Source: Marsupella aquatica (lineage: Eukaryota > Plantae > Marchantiophyta). Taken from it: a DNA stretch of 64,000 nt. The stretch is taken from the NCBI GenBank assembly GCA_973895155.1, contig OZ316893.1, positions 7,774,963-7,838,962 on the forward strand, written 5' to 3'. The notes under the pieces are model-generated. The model saw only the letters and a list, made by a program, of their open reading frames with translations, was not told the DNA's origin and made no database searches. Made by a program: the position numbers and the translations under genes. Every line of letters begins with the position of its first letter. Position 1 is the first letter of the stretch. Shown piece after piece: positions 9,831-23,168 of this stretch.

Positions 9831-12800
9831 CGTTCAATGTCGATGACGGTGAACGGTTTTGGCATCTCTACGCAGGGATCTCGTACTCGGTTTGTTTAAG
9901 ATAGCATGCAGGACTGTCCAGTTTCCCGCCGGTTCCATGTGATGTGGTTGAGATTTCTTCAAGTGAGGATGGAGATCGTACTCTAAGTCCACCGTCGAAG
10001 AAGAAAAGCCCGCTCCCTGCTGTCGTGAAAGCTGAGACTCCGGGAAGCTCTAAGCAGTTGGAGGTCGTGTACCGGCACAGTGCGATGGATACGTTACTCA
10101 AATCAACTGGTCATAGTGAGTTGTCACGGTTCATATCAGCGGGTGATTTCAGGCATGAACAAGTGTCCTGTCTACCAACGAAGTACAATGGTAATGTCGT
10201 GTTTGAGTTGCCGCCCATTGATAAGATGCTCTCTAAAGGCTCTAGGCTTAGGGACATGGATCGTGCCAAAGATTGTTACATTTGGACATGCATATTTCCA
10301 ACAACTGCAACTGTTCATCCTAAAACCCTTTGGCAGTTTGGGAAGGTTACCTGTACGGGATTCATTGAATGCAGGAACAAGTCCTGCGACTATTTCCAAA
10401 GGAAGAAGAAGGCAAATGCTAAGGCATGGCAGGGTACTCCAAAGCTCAGTGGTCAGTATGCTGTGGGATCTTTCATCGAAGAGGGAGGTGTTGTTTGTCA
10501 TTACTGCAAACAGATTCCTTTTTGTGTGAAGTACTGCCCTGCCCGTTTGTTTTACATGTACCCCCAAGTATTACTTGATGTGGAAACATGTAGTCATATG
10601 TCCCGCCTGGCAATTCATATAGGTGAGCACAACCATCCAGGTAGAAAAACCTTCTGTAGGAGTGCGGAGAAGATAGCTGAGGATCTAATTAAAAAAACAT
10701 GAAGCCAATCCTCTGTCAAAACCGGCAGGGATCTTGAATTTTGCTACAGGGTCCTTAGTGAAATCTCTCTACGAACATGTTGACGACATGGTCGATATCG
10801 AAGAAACTGAAATATGGAAGTCTCTGATGGTCCTTTCCACTCCGCAGAAGTTTGCATCTCTTTGTCGGAGCGTTAGCATAGACCAAAAAGGTCGGGGTGA
10901 ATTAGATTTTCTCTCGCAAATGCAGAGGAGGATTCATGTGTCGTTTCTCCAGAGGTATTTGCTTCCAGGTCAGGGATGTCAGAACGATAGGCCTCACATA
11001 TTTAAAATGACCGTGAAAGGTCACAGTTCCGGTGTGGATCTTTTGAGGCAGATGCAACCGGGTGGAAGACTCGAAGGAGCCTGGGTAAGTTTCAATGTGA
11101 TGTAGCGTGTCACCACGGATTGGTTTACTTTCAGCGCACACGTCTACGACCACAATTTCCGTGCACTGTGTACAATTTTCACATGCGAGTTGAAAGGTGA
11201 AGACACTGAGTCTTTTGAAAAGGCATGGAGAGTGATGATTGAGGTTTGCAAAGAAAATGAACTTTAGGAGGTTGTCATCCAAGGATTTATGGCCGACAAT
11301 GCACAAGCTGGATGGAATGCGGTGCGAAATGTTTTTTTTGGTGGACACCCGGACCCGGAGAGGGAGCGCTCTGATGCATTTCACTTTTATCAATCTTTTC
11401 ATCATCATTCCAAGGAAGGAGTACTGGAAGAATGTCAATCGGAGCATCGGAGACTTTGGGAGAAACTGAGAAATGCTCCATCATTTGTGGCAGCATACCG
11501 GGTGTCCCGAGAGATTGTTGTGTGGTGGCAATCAAGAAACTGTGTCCCCAGAAAGCTGAAGATGCTGCAAAGCTGGATATCTTGGTGGGTTGTTTGCTGG
11601 CGCTAGTGGGGCAATTTTATTCGAGTGGTAAGGCATCCATCTATCTAGACTGTAATGTTCATCAACTTCATATTAGCGCCAGGCGCTGGTTATTTTCTCC
11701 ATACACGTCAAAACAAGTAGTACAAGAAATTGAAGCCAATATGTAGTTAGAATTCAGTGTTAAACATTGAAATTGTATTTCAGGCCTGTTCTACATATTT
11801 ATGTTGCCAACGCTGGGCGCTGGTAATAGAATACTACTTACGGTTGACATTTTCGTATGGCAGAGCAAAAGCGCTGAGGAAGGTGTCTTGATCCCCAACT
11901 GTACAGGGTCAGAATCAAGGCATGCGTCCATGAAAGCCTCGGCTACAAAGAAAAAGGTCGGTCTTTATGAAGCTTGCGAAGTTGACCAAAACCGTGCTCT
12001 GTCTCAAGTTGCCGGATACAATGCATACCGTAAAGGCTTGAACCGGGGGAAGGGGCCAACTATATGGGAATTGGCGTTCCATTCCGCCGATCAAGCAGGT
12101 TCGCCAAGATTGTTTGAAGAAGCGACTAATATGCTTCTATCTAACGCAGCAGAATTTGATTTGGAAAGAAGTACTCCCCTGAATGGAGATATAATGACGA
12201 AGTCAATGAAGAGGAAGGGACATGCAACTGGGACTGTCTCTCCACAAGATTCCCATCGGCATGACACCGTTCTAATAACCACACCAAATACTCGTGGTTT
12301 GAAAAGGAAGAACCTGAACAAAACTGACTTTTCTTCTATTCCCTCAAGTTCTGATCATCCTGTCACAAAGGCGGTGAATCTCTCAGGTATGGTCACATTA
12401 GAGAGTGATACTGATTCACTGGACTATACTCCTCAAACAACCCAAACAACAAGATCCTCAAAACCTTCGCTCAGTGCCCCAGCAGCACTTCAGAATCAAC
12501 TTCCACGCACGATTGTGCTAGAGAAGGATGTCCCTCCGGGGCAGTGGCAGTTGCGACGGACATCGAAGTATGGAGCAGGTCCGCAATGCAATGGTACACT
12601 GATGGAAGTTCGGATCGCAATGAGTGTCGAAATCGTATCAAGAAGGTTGGCTTCCATTCGTCTGAAGGTGTTGTCGGAATTGTCGTGAAGGGCCATCGTC
12701 TCTTCAGGGGCGAACCCATCTCCGAAATGATTTGGTTTTTCCCGAACCAAGCGTGTTACAAGAGTCATCCGCGTCGTGGTGTTCATAAGCTTCCTCCTTT

Positions 12801-13392
12801 TCCTGACATTTTGCCTGTTCTGAAGGGTACGAGCCTGTCTCCTTCTGAAATTACATTCCTGGAAGAGCAAGGACTTGTCTTAGCGCGAACAACAGGATTG
12901 AGTCAATCTGCGCCATCTGCTTTTGACCTCAGGATAAATGTTAACGTGTTCCCAGAAACAATAAGGTTTTTGGAGCCAAATCTCCGACTTGGTAGTCGGA
13001 ATGGGAGGAACTCAAGGCCTCGGTCTAATCTCACTGTGGGTCACACGAAGCGAATGGAGTCTGCACGACAAGAAGTGATGAGTTTGGATGGGGAATGGAA
13101 TGTTCAGACCGGAAATGCTTTTGGAAAGCAATTTTGAATTCGAACCCATGAGAACCATCGATCACCAAGCACATACTTTGTCCAAATCTGTATCTTCACC
13201 GCTTGCTCTTGTGAAGACTTCTTCCTCCGACATTCGCGTGGCAAGTCGTACATGCCTTGCAAACATCTATACTGGGTGTACATAAATGTTTTCAAACTTG
13301 AGATTGAGGAGTTGACTCTTTGTAGCCAACCTATTTTGACTTTAGGCGAAGTCAGGCTTGTGCTGGAGAGGCAGAACTTGAATGGCTTATGA
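9707..13392 (+). pseudogene. Mutator-like (MULE) transposase with GCM-like Zn domain and C-terminal SWIM finger
   Basis: N-terminal CTGFIECRNKSC...CHYC...CPAR...HIGEHNHP (GCM-like). MULE core FSAHVYD...CELKGEDTESF...GFMADNAQAGWNAVRNVF...FHFYQSF. SWIM CSCEDF...PCKHLYWV at about 13205-13280. Several stops and frameshifts; intron at about 11627-11863. Confidence 0.8.
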
Positions 13393-13936
13393 GAGAGATC
13401 GAAACTGCCCAATAGGTCGTCGTTCAATATAACGGTTATTCCCTATTTTGTCTTTTTCCAATGGATATTTTAGTTGTTTTATTGAGACTTTGTTGGTTAG
13501 CGCCGGGCGCTGGTTCTAGGAAACCGGATATTCATTGCTTCATTATGTACGTGCATTGTGGAAGAATGACCTCTTATTTTATTTAAAATGTGTAAGTTGA
13601 TTAAATTGTCTACTATCTTCAAAGCCTCGAGGATGTGATTTGTCATTTGTTTGTGACGTTACAAGGTCCATTTAATCAACTCCTTTAGATTGGGTTGATT
13701 TGGACTCCACGATTGACATGTGCTAAGGTGGGTCCCACTCTAAGGGTCACTATTTGGCGATGAAAATAGATTGATTTGCATGAATGTTTCTTTAGGCACA
13801 CTCCTAATACCATGTTTTTTTATCTTCTACAATAAATTGTTGTGTCAATGGAGGATTGATAGTACACTTCATCCATCGGATGGCACAAAATAATTGTTTG
13901 TTTTAAACTTTATTGCCCCCCAAAAAATTATGCCAT

Positions 13937-13997
13937 TAGAGTGGTGGATATGCACCTTAGAGTGGTGGATATGCACCTTAGAGTGGTGGATATGCAC
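13937..13997 (+). repeat. Tandem repeat, 21 bp x3 (TTAGAGTGGTGGATATGCACC)
   Basis: Directly visible; followed by a cluster of CTGGTAACAGG motifs (14036-14150). Confidence 0.9.
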
Positions 13998-14367
13998 GTT
14001 ATGGTTCAGGCAAAACTGGTAACAGGGACAAGCTTACTGGTAACAGGTACAATTTCCCTGTTAACAAAAATAAACCCCTGGTAACAGGTTTTCTGTTTTC
14101 TGTTTGCTGTCATGGCTATCATACCCAGGAGAGGGACCTATCTCCGGTAACCCCGCTCTCTTGGAGGTCTTTCCTGAGACAGCAGAACCCTGAGGAGAGG
14201 GACCTGAATACGATTGGCATACTTTATGAGCCAGATTGGGACTCATGGAACAATATGCTCTCGGAACAAAAATGGACATGTCCTGCAATATGTACATGCA
14301 CATCAATAGTGACGGTGCATGAGTGCCAGGGAATCTTGCAATATAAATATATTGTAGAAAATTACAT

Positions 14368-16027
14368 TCATTCAACATCTCTACCTCTCAATACATATCG
14401 ACTGGGCAACATGAAAAAACCTGCAGAACCCGAAGAAGCAGATTCATTCCAATGCAATGAACCTAGGGTTGGTAAATGCATATATATATTTATATATGTA
14501 TATGCCACCATACTTACTGGTTTTAAGTGCCCAAACTGTACCATTAGTAGACCCTTTGAAGGTGTCATTAATGGCACCCAGTAAGGCGCCAACAATGACG
14601 AATTACCATCAGACAAGGCCTTCATGAACTTAATCTTCCACCATCTCACTTTCTTAATAACATGGACGCTCTCTGGTATTCCACGACCAACGACCTCTCC
14701 ACGGTACTGCCCCCTATACCTTACAGACTTATCGGCGTCTCTCATTTGCAGTTCTACCAAGGTCACCTTGAATGCATACGCACGAAGTTCCACAAAAATC
14801 TCTGGGTATGATTGTCCATGTCCAATGGCAATCGCTTCATCTGCATCTGGTTCTACCTTCATATCTGCAAAATCAGTCAGCTCCTTTTTTCGGGCCGTAG
14901 GGATGGCACCTGCAATGAAATTCAGTGCAAGTACTTGAGGTTAATTCCAGGGTATTTCCAGGTTATTTCCAAGTTGCAAAAGATAGAACACAGTTCATTG
15001 CCAAAATCAATGGCACTGCGCTAACTAATGAATGAGAATCTGTCAGTACGTACCTTCCTTCATTTTTGCATTTGCTTTCCTCCATTCATGCTTTCTGTTC
15101 TTGACGACCTCAAACAGGAAGCTTTCTGGCCAAGGCATCTCATGTTTAGATCCGGTTTCTGGACACTCAAATTTGAGAGGTGAAAGTTCATGCATTCTAC
15201 TCTGAACATACAATCAACAATTCTCTTTTGTCTTTGTGTCAGACTTGAAATCTGCACTGAGGTATTCGTATATCTCCTTGTCAGCGGCGAAATTCGCAAA
15301 CCAATTCCTCACCGTTCTGTAATTTGCCTTGTGAGCTTGGTGCGCTTCTACATGCTTAGAAGCCAGAATGGACCGTCCTCCAGATTTGTTGGTCACATTG
15401 AAGATGTCCTCTGCCGAAGGATAGAACTGTGCACAGCAGCGTCGAAACACACATCAGCGTGTATTCAATCAAACAAAGAAACTACCATTGTGCACTGCAT
15501 TAGATGCCTTCGCGTGATTATCAGAAGAGGTCCTTGCCGTGGTCGCAATGGATTTCAATAGGCTAATTTAATGTCACGAGAGACAAACAACTTACTTGAT
15601 GATGCTTGGTAGAACCAATCATAGACGTCTCTCTCTCCGGCGCATCAGGAGTGCGGGTATTTTCAGCAGGCCTGATAGACTTGTGCTCTTCTTCACCAGA
15701 GCTCTCCTTTCGATTCGTATCATGTTCAGATAGTGTCTTCATTGGCGGCAATGGTGATGGCTACAACGGTGATGGTTGTAGCTGTGATGGCTGTGTGACT
15801 CCGGTATTGCTGCTCCCGTTGCATTCATTCACCCATCTCCTCAACTTCTTCTTGTGCACCCATGTCTTCATCCCCACACTGTCAAAGAAAAGTTGCCAAT
15901 CATCCCCATCCATACAGAAGAAGCTTTCCCCAGTAAGATCCAACTCCTCAATTTTGGGAGTGTACATTGTCGATTCTAAACATCGATCAATGTTTTCACA
16001 CAATTCCTTAACGTAAGCCTGCTCCAT
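14368..16027 (-). pseudogene. Multi-exon gene: SAM-like N-terminus and a possible CACTA TnpA-like C-terminal beta domain
   Basis: YTPKIEELDLTGESFFCMDGDDWQLFFDSVGMKTWVHKKKLRRW fits the SAM pattern. GT-AG introns at about 15596-15427 and 15053-14910. C-terminal EVVGRGIPESVHVIKKVRWWKIKF...LLAPY. In-frame stops at 15761 and 15214. Confidence 0.5.
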
Positions 16028-16074
16028 TCATGCATTGCAACTCTATTTCAATCAACGTCGATCAAGTGTAGGAA

Positions 16075-16330
16075 ACTCTGAAGATCGACTTCACTCTGAA
16101 GATCGACTTCACTCTGAAGATTGACTTCACTCCAGGCGTACGCGTAGCAGAAATAGTGAAATACAGAGGGGGACTTAAAAGGAAAAGGGAGTATTACACC
16201 AAGCGCACTCACTGCCTCTCTCGTTCATCGTTCGTTTGAATCGCCCGCCCGCGCATGTTGAAGGTAAAGGCTGCAGGTTCATCGTCCATTTGAATCGCCC
16301 GCCCGCGCGTGTTCAAGGTAAAGGTTGCAA
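16075..16330 (+). repeat. Short tandem repeats upstream of the SAM-like gene (18 bp x3 ACTCTGAAGATCGACTTC; ~54 bp x2)
   Basis: Directly visible at 16075-16132 and 16223-16330. Confidence 0.85.
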
Positions 16331-16499
16331 GGCAAGTAGTGCATGCGTTGCCCGCCTCAAAGCTAGTCCTCGTCAGTTTTGAACTGACCGCCCTGGTCCA
16401 AATTAATAATGTCACTCTTCAAAATGCGATATATCCGTAGTCCATTGCGTCAACCGCATCGCTGATTTTGTTTCTATCCAGCCAATTTTGGCCGGGGAT

Positions 16500-17490
16500 T
16501 TAGGAGTTGCGATCATGATTATATAGCTGGGAAATTTTCCCTCACTCTACTATTCTAGGCCTAACTCAAAAGTCCACGCAGTTTGGATTACTATGACAAG
16601 TTAGGACAAGATACAAACTATTCCCATGGAGACTAGCGTAGCCTGCGCTTCGGGAAAGTAAAGCCGCCAGCTGCGATGACCTTCTGATCAATCAGAAGCC
16701 TATGTGGCAAATACCCTACATAGGATACCAAGAAGATAAGGCTGGCCTCAGTTTCCCTCCAGTTTCAGAGGGATCATTTCCGTGGGAATGATTCCAAAGG
16801 TACTAAAGAGTGGAGGTCATTGACCGTAGCTCACACCTCCCACTCTAAGTGTTCGATCCTCCTCTGTGCGAGCTCAGACAACTTCAGAATAAGTTTTACA
16901 CGTTCACGCCCGATAACATCATCCAAAACGTGGAAGTCCACAGGCCACCTGCGGATCTTCGTACTACATGGGAGAATTCTCTGTCAAATCCCATGCCACC
17001 TTGTGCGATATCCTGTAATGTGTTTTGGATTTGGTAGAAATTATTGGCAGCACTCGGAGTCAATTCTTTTGATTGTAATAGTTTTTGCTTATGATTTGAG
17101 TTTGAAATGTGCTCGCAGGTCAAATACAGGGTTCTCGTATACTTCAAAGCGAAAGCAGATCTTACCTAACCCTTTACCACCCACTTCTTCCTTAGCCCGG
17201 GCTTACTAGTAAATATCCTATAGTACCATTTACGCATCCTTGAAACTCGTCATCGATTTCACCAATCCCAAGCCTGGCCAGCCACCCCCTGTACACCGAT
17301 CCTTAGAAACCAACTAAACCATATATCTTCTTTGTGTCCGGTGCGCTCTGATCGATGGAACAGGTATGAATCTGGATGTTCAATGATACAGACTCCGCGA
17401 TCTATTTTCATGCAACATGCATCATTAATTATATATGGTATGTGGAATGTTTTGCAGGCCACGCAGGTCATATGAAACAGGTAGAGCATT
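16500..17490 (-). pseudogene. Heavily degraded coding-like region of unknown family
   Basis: Consecutive minus-strand ORF fragments (17489-17259, 17147-16896) and protein-like PVDFHVLDDVIGRERVKLILKLSELAQRRIEHLEWE in another frame; no motif recognised. Confidence 0.3.
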
Positions 17491-18720
17491 AATATCAGAG
17501 GAAGTGAAGAAGCGGATGTGACATAGTTTGCTTAGCCGGTGCAAGGTATGTGCGAGGTATGTGAGGGGTATGTTTGGGGTATTTGTGGTTATGCTCATTC
17601 CAACACTAATGTTACAAGGTTAGTATGAGAATGAACTCGGATATTTAGAACAGACCACACTTTTTGAGTCTTTGAGATTACAGTTGAAGCAATATACATC
17701 ATGAGCGCCATGCTGACAAAGGTGTTGTGGCATCGTCCGAGGCCGATGCCTGTTTTGTGGCAACCGCCCGGGTTGCCTTGACAGGTAACCGGGTTGCCAG
17801 TATGCTGTCCACCCCCCCCCCCCTTGCCAACCGGTATGCAGTGGTAAGTTGTCGCAAAAGATAATTTTACGACCTATTTTACGCATATGGAAGTTGTCGT
17901 CTATTTTTTCATGATTACTTACTTCTTCATTGAGTTGCAGCGTTGCCCCGGCCTTCAAAGTGCGAACTCCATTATTCATTTACATACATTACCCATCAAT
18001 TCTCCATAAATATAATGAACACCTACTAGAACAAGAACACATCTGCCATAAATGTATTGTTTGGGGTCACGTTGTTTTTACGGTTGTCTGTATGCTTGTG
18101 TTTTTTTTCCCTTCCTGGTCGTTGGGATCGATGGAGCCACGGATCCGCCCAATGAGTTTCAGGTGTTTCGCTATTTTTTTGGTCTGTTGATGTCCGGAGA
18201 TTGGGGAGGGGCCCTTACCCAATTCTCCGTGAACTATGATGACCCACTACATGATGTCGCTGCGATCCGCAAAAGCGCTATAGTGGCTGAGTTCTACTTG
18301 CTGTCCTGTATCAGAGTTTGAAGTTGGAAGTTTTCCTTGAGAAATTGCGCACAAATTGCAAAATGAAAAATTGCCGAGACCCATTCATCGATTAAACACT
18401 AGCCGAAACCCATTCATCGATTAAACACCAGCCAATTAACACCCAATTACTTTCTGGTACGTTTTAACAAACGCATCGTGGACATCACAACCTTCATTTA
18501 ACAGATGCAGGTCCGAGCCCCCCTTTATTGCACATTGAAAATAAGTCGACCATTCACATACATACATTCTGGTCCCACTTGCCCCACAAACCAAGCATAC
18601 ACGTTATGCCATATCAAACCAAAATGGCAGGTCATTGCATGGCCTATAGGAACCTTACAAACTAAAAGACTCCTGCCCAAAATGCCAAACCGTCGTACTT
18701 TGTGCTTGCATCTGGTCACA

Positions 18721-19482
18721 TCAGATATGAGTTGCATCCAAACTAGCAAGCAGGTCCTGCAATCTACATCTAACAGAACTAAGCTGCGACGCCGTGGCCG
18801 GGTCTGAAGCATTAATAGATGATCTTGAAGATTCTGCTATATGCCTCCCTCGTGCAGTATGATAACTTGAAGGTACACTGTCCGTCTTCAACTTTGTCTT
18901 CCGTGGAGTGACAGAAGTAGGCACCACAGAATGCAAGATCTCACAGTCGTCATCGCTTACAGCTGACAAGGAATTAATAATGGCCTCACTGTCTTTGCAG
19001 CGGATCACTACGTCCACACATTCCATCTTTGCTGTAGCTCTATGGACAGTAGCAAACTGGACAAAGTCTTCCTTCTCGCTAAAATCCTGCGGAGGCATCC
19101 CTATGAGATCAGTCGCTGCATCAAAAATCTTAGCTCGCACTGGAGGGAAGTGTGGCCCGATAGTAGAGTCAACCAGGAACACCTCAAAACGATACCTTTC
19201 TGTCCAGGTCCCAGCAGCAACCGAATTATGGGGACATCGACTTGACCCTTCAACAATGCGATTACACATCCACCCAGGTGTCATGAAGCGAGTGCATCCA
19301 TGGTATAGAAACTTCCGCGGAAAATTGATTGGAGCATCAAAATTGACCACAAAAACCCTCATCGATGGGAAGGTCCTCGTTTCTCCAGCATTGCAGCAGC
19401 CAACGACATCTTTAAGTGTGGCCATGTCTCTGAAAAGAGCCGCCCAGCAGAAATCCAAACAATAGTGGCGAAGGGCAGGCAC
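18721..19482 (-). CDS. RPA70 C-terminal-like OB-fold protein (probable start ATG 19425)
   Basis: FLYHGC...MCNR...CPH...ERYRFEVFLVDST...AKIFDAATDLIGM matches the Zn-ribbon OB-fold pattern YxACxxCnKK...RYxLxVxLxDxT...FxxxAexLlG; intronless. Confidence 0.65.
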   Translation of the reverse strand: MPALRHYCLDFCWAALFRDMATLKDVVGCCNAGETRTFPSMRVFVVNFDAPINFPRKFLYHGCTRFMTPGWMCNRIVEGSSRCPHNSVAAGTWTERYRFEVFLVDSTIGPHFPPVRAKIFDAATDLIGMPPQDFSEKEDFVQFATVHRATAKMECVDVVIRCKDSEAIINSLSAVSDDDCEILHSVVPTSVTPRKTKLKTDSVPSSYHTARGRHIAESSRSSINASDPATASQLSSVRCRLQDLLASLDATHI

Positions 19483-20408
19483 TCAGCCGGGCGCAAGCAC
19501 TACTCAGGAAGGGACGAATACCGATCTGCAATGGTTGCAAATCAAATGACAAGCCGGACTGCAGAACACTCGACAAATTGTGCAGAGGGGTCACTAGATA
19601 AGTACATTATCGTGGGGCGCAAAGTGAATGCAAGTAGAGGATCCAGAAGGGAGACCCGGAGTTTAGGGCCGAGTTTTGGGAGACGTTGATTTTACAGGGA
19701 CGTTGACTCTACGGAAGCGGAGCTTTGGGAGACGTTCATTTTAGAGAGATGCGGAGTTTTTCTCTTGGGAGACATGGCGGACACTTTGTGTACTTGGGCA
19801 CGTTTTAATGGAGTAAATATGCGGCAAAATAAATCAAATAAAAAAAGACTTTGTCTCCTTCCGTTCTAAATTTCTCACCCTTCCCCTAACATAAATCTGA
19901 GTTTTCATTTTTTGAAGGCATTGGCTGAACTTGTGGGAGCTTTCCTTACATACATTGAATCTTATAGAGGTTGCTATATGGCTGAACTTGTGATGAGGGG
20001 CCTAAAACAGGGCCCATAATAATGTCTACAATACTTTGTCAGTGCCATGTGCCACATGTTTCAAATGTTGGATCTAGGCCCTTATATTGCCAGTTATATG
20101 GACCATTGGCACACTTTATGTCACATCATGATGACTTACAAGGGGAGAGTTTTTAACACATTTTCCTGCTTTTAAGGTGAAGTTATAAGGGTTTTTGAAG
20201 AGGAGGGACACAAAAGCATTGGGTGAGGCAGGGGTCATTTTGCTTTTTAAAACTCTATTTTCTTTTCTTTAGGGGGGGGGGGGGGTCATCACGCACTTAG
20301 TATATATTATTACATAAATATGAGAAACATAAAAATAAGATTGGAAATGATTATCATTTCCTTGCCAAGTCCTGTGAAACGCGACCAAACATACAGCTAG
20401 GCAGGCGT

Positions 20409-20700
20409 ATTAATTAATTTAAGGATGAAACATGGAGGTAGCTCAGGGTGGGTGGGGGTGGGGGTCACTTCCACCCATTAAATGTTCACATCATGTGCAA
20501 ATGATCGAAGTAAGGGGCCTTTTATTCATTACCCTAACCCTAAACCCTAAACCCTAAGACTTGCGCACATATATGCATGCATGCATATGTGGAAGGTTAA
20601 TTAATTTAAGGATGAAGTATGGAGGTAGCTCAGGGTGGGTGGGGGTGCGGGTCACTTCCACAAATTAAATGTTCACATCATGTGCACCAAAGTATGGGGC
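20409..20700 (+). repeat. ~95-bp direct duplication flanking a short telomere-like tract (CCCTAA/CCCTAAA x4, 20532-20557)
   Basis: TTAATTAATTTAAGGATGAA...GGAGGTAGCTCAGGGTGGGTGGGGG...CATCATGTGCA at about 20410 and 20597. Confidence 0.85.
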
Positions 20701-23168
20701 GTTTCAGTCATTATTAATTTGTAAGGAAGTGCTTAGAAGTAGGGATGAAGTAAGGGGGTAACAATTCAAAAAGTCCCACTTTTCATCACACAATTCATTG
20801 GTTGCCACATGTCAATAAATGATTGGTGGGTTTTGTGACCTTCCTATTCCTTTTTGAGAGAGTGATTAAATCAAACATGCATGTTTGCAGATGCATGTAT
20901 AACAAGTTCAGCGATCCTAAGGTGAACTTGGGAGGTAGCTAGGTAGGTACCAATTGTCTCAGTCCCTTAACAATAGAACTTATAAAGCGCCAACTACAAG
21001 GTAGATCGAGTGAAACCTCTTAATTAAACTGGAACTCCATGGCTCATCATGTGGATGAGAAAACTCATGACCAGTATGTCAAATAATAAGCATGTATGCC
21101 ATTTGTCATGATTTATACGTACTATCCTTTATTCATGTTTGTGCAAAGAACAGGTAATGAAGGCTAGCTAGTATGATATGTCAATGGAAGGGTAATTTAA
21201 GGATTAATAATCCGTAATCTAAGGATTTTGAAGGTTGACCATCATTAACAAGTGTGACACTATATAAGAAGTGATCGAGAGTAAATACATGCCATTCTAT
21301 ATTCAAGTAAGTTAGATTACTTTTGGTGACAAGCAAATAGACTCTAAATTGATGTGTGTAACTTAACATTTTACAACTGAAGCTCAATTACATTTCAAAC
21401 TTTATTAAAGTTTGACGAATTGAAAAGCGGATTATGTACGTATTTATAAAATCAAAGTAGAATCCCTCAGCCCTCCCTCTTTTGCTACATTAAGTGAACC
21501 CCCTGAGAACAAACCCCCCCCCCCCCCATGTATATCGTTTGATGCATTAAAAATGCCTTGTTATGCATGTAAAAACATTACTTATCCTATCACATTAGAT
21601 CCTTTTGTAAATTAGTACTAGAAAATTATTGTTCTTCCTGTGTTAATTTGTCTAAAACTCTGGTAGCTTATAGACTTCATGAAGGTAAACAAACTAGTAC
21701 TAAAATGAATTAACAAAGGGAATATTAGGCTACACTATATCCCTAGAGGAATATTCCATAGTCTACATTACTTATTTAAACTTCAATATATTGCGCCATT
21801 ACTCTATCTTCATTTAAGAAGGGGGTATCAACCAATGACCTATTTTCAAATGGTACATTGGGGGTCCTTAACCCCAAAACAAATTGACATGAGCACGTAA
21901 GATTGAGGCAGCAGGGTATTTCAGGGTCACACAATAATTAGTATGTGTGACACTAATCTTGTGACATTTGAGATGGCTGATGTCGTGGCCAGCCCCTATA
22001 ACCAGCTGGTATGCATTTGGTGAACTGGAATGCCATTAAAAAGCTTGGATGACAATTCTATTTACATAGACCATATTGTAAGAAAGGATGGGTCGGATAC
22101 AAAATAAATAAAGACCTAGACAGGGCCCAACAACAATTTCAATGTCCCAACAATAATAAAAAACATGCACTTTGAACCAAAAATGTCAATAAACTCCCGG
22201 AGTAAGCTGCCCAAGAAAGAAAACCATACACATGAACTTCAAATTTGAATAGCATAAGCATGAATTCAACATGGTGAGTGACTGCCTTAGAGGGATTAGA
22301 GGCAGTGGCCCCAGGCTTGCAGGGTCAACGATAAGGTTTCCCACCTAGCACATTCGCTCACATGCAACAAGGACGTTTGAATGCTTTCCCGGAGTCATGA
22401 ATGCCGTGGGCCCCACCTAATTATGCACAGTATTCAACATAATAATGAACTTCTCCAATCGTCCTTCCGACAATCCCAACGCGCACATCCACCTCCTGAG
22501 GAATTCTGAATCGACTTCGTTGCAATATTTTGTACACAGGAACGGCAGTGTGCACCATGACGCCGGAACCGAAGGAACGATGCACCTGTCAGTACAAATG
22601 TTCGCGCTTACGGGATGGGTATGATTTTGTGAGCCCAAGGAATCGAAGACGACATGCAAACTATGACAAGACAGGCAGGGTCATTCCTGCAAAGTTTTTA
22701 GTGGACCGTGGGCATCCGGATGGCCATGGCCTATCGCATCAACACTAGAAGAAAACAGGGCCCTTTATGACCAATCACCCAATGACGGAGATGAATAAAT
22801 GACCAAAATTTTTAATGACACAAAAAGAATGACAGGGGAATGACTGTCCACAATGACCAATGGACTGAAATGACAAAATGTTAACTTTTGCATCATTTTG
22901 TATAATGTCTGTAATGACTGATGTGACCAAAATGACCCAATTTCCCTAAATGGTCAATTTAGACACATGTCTTAAATGACGCAATTAATAACAACAATGA
23001 TAAATCAATGTTTAACAACATTATAGTCACTCTGGACAATGATTGAAATGACCAAAAATCTATTTGAGTCATTTTGGACAACGGTGATAAATGACAAAAA
23101 ATGTATTACCGTCATTTTAACCAACGGTGTTAAATGACAAAATATAGGGTCAATCTGAAAATGAGAAT

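Noticed and set aside
20531-20557. Telomere or healed chromosome end
   Set aside because: Only about four mixed CCCTAA/CCCTAAA units; such telo-box-like tracts are scattered through the TEs here.
18700-22400. Helitron call based on the RPA-like gene
   Set aside because: No Rep/helicase, and no convincing TC start or hairpin-CTRR end was identified.
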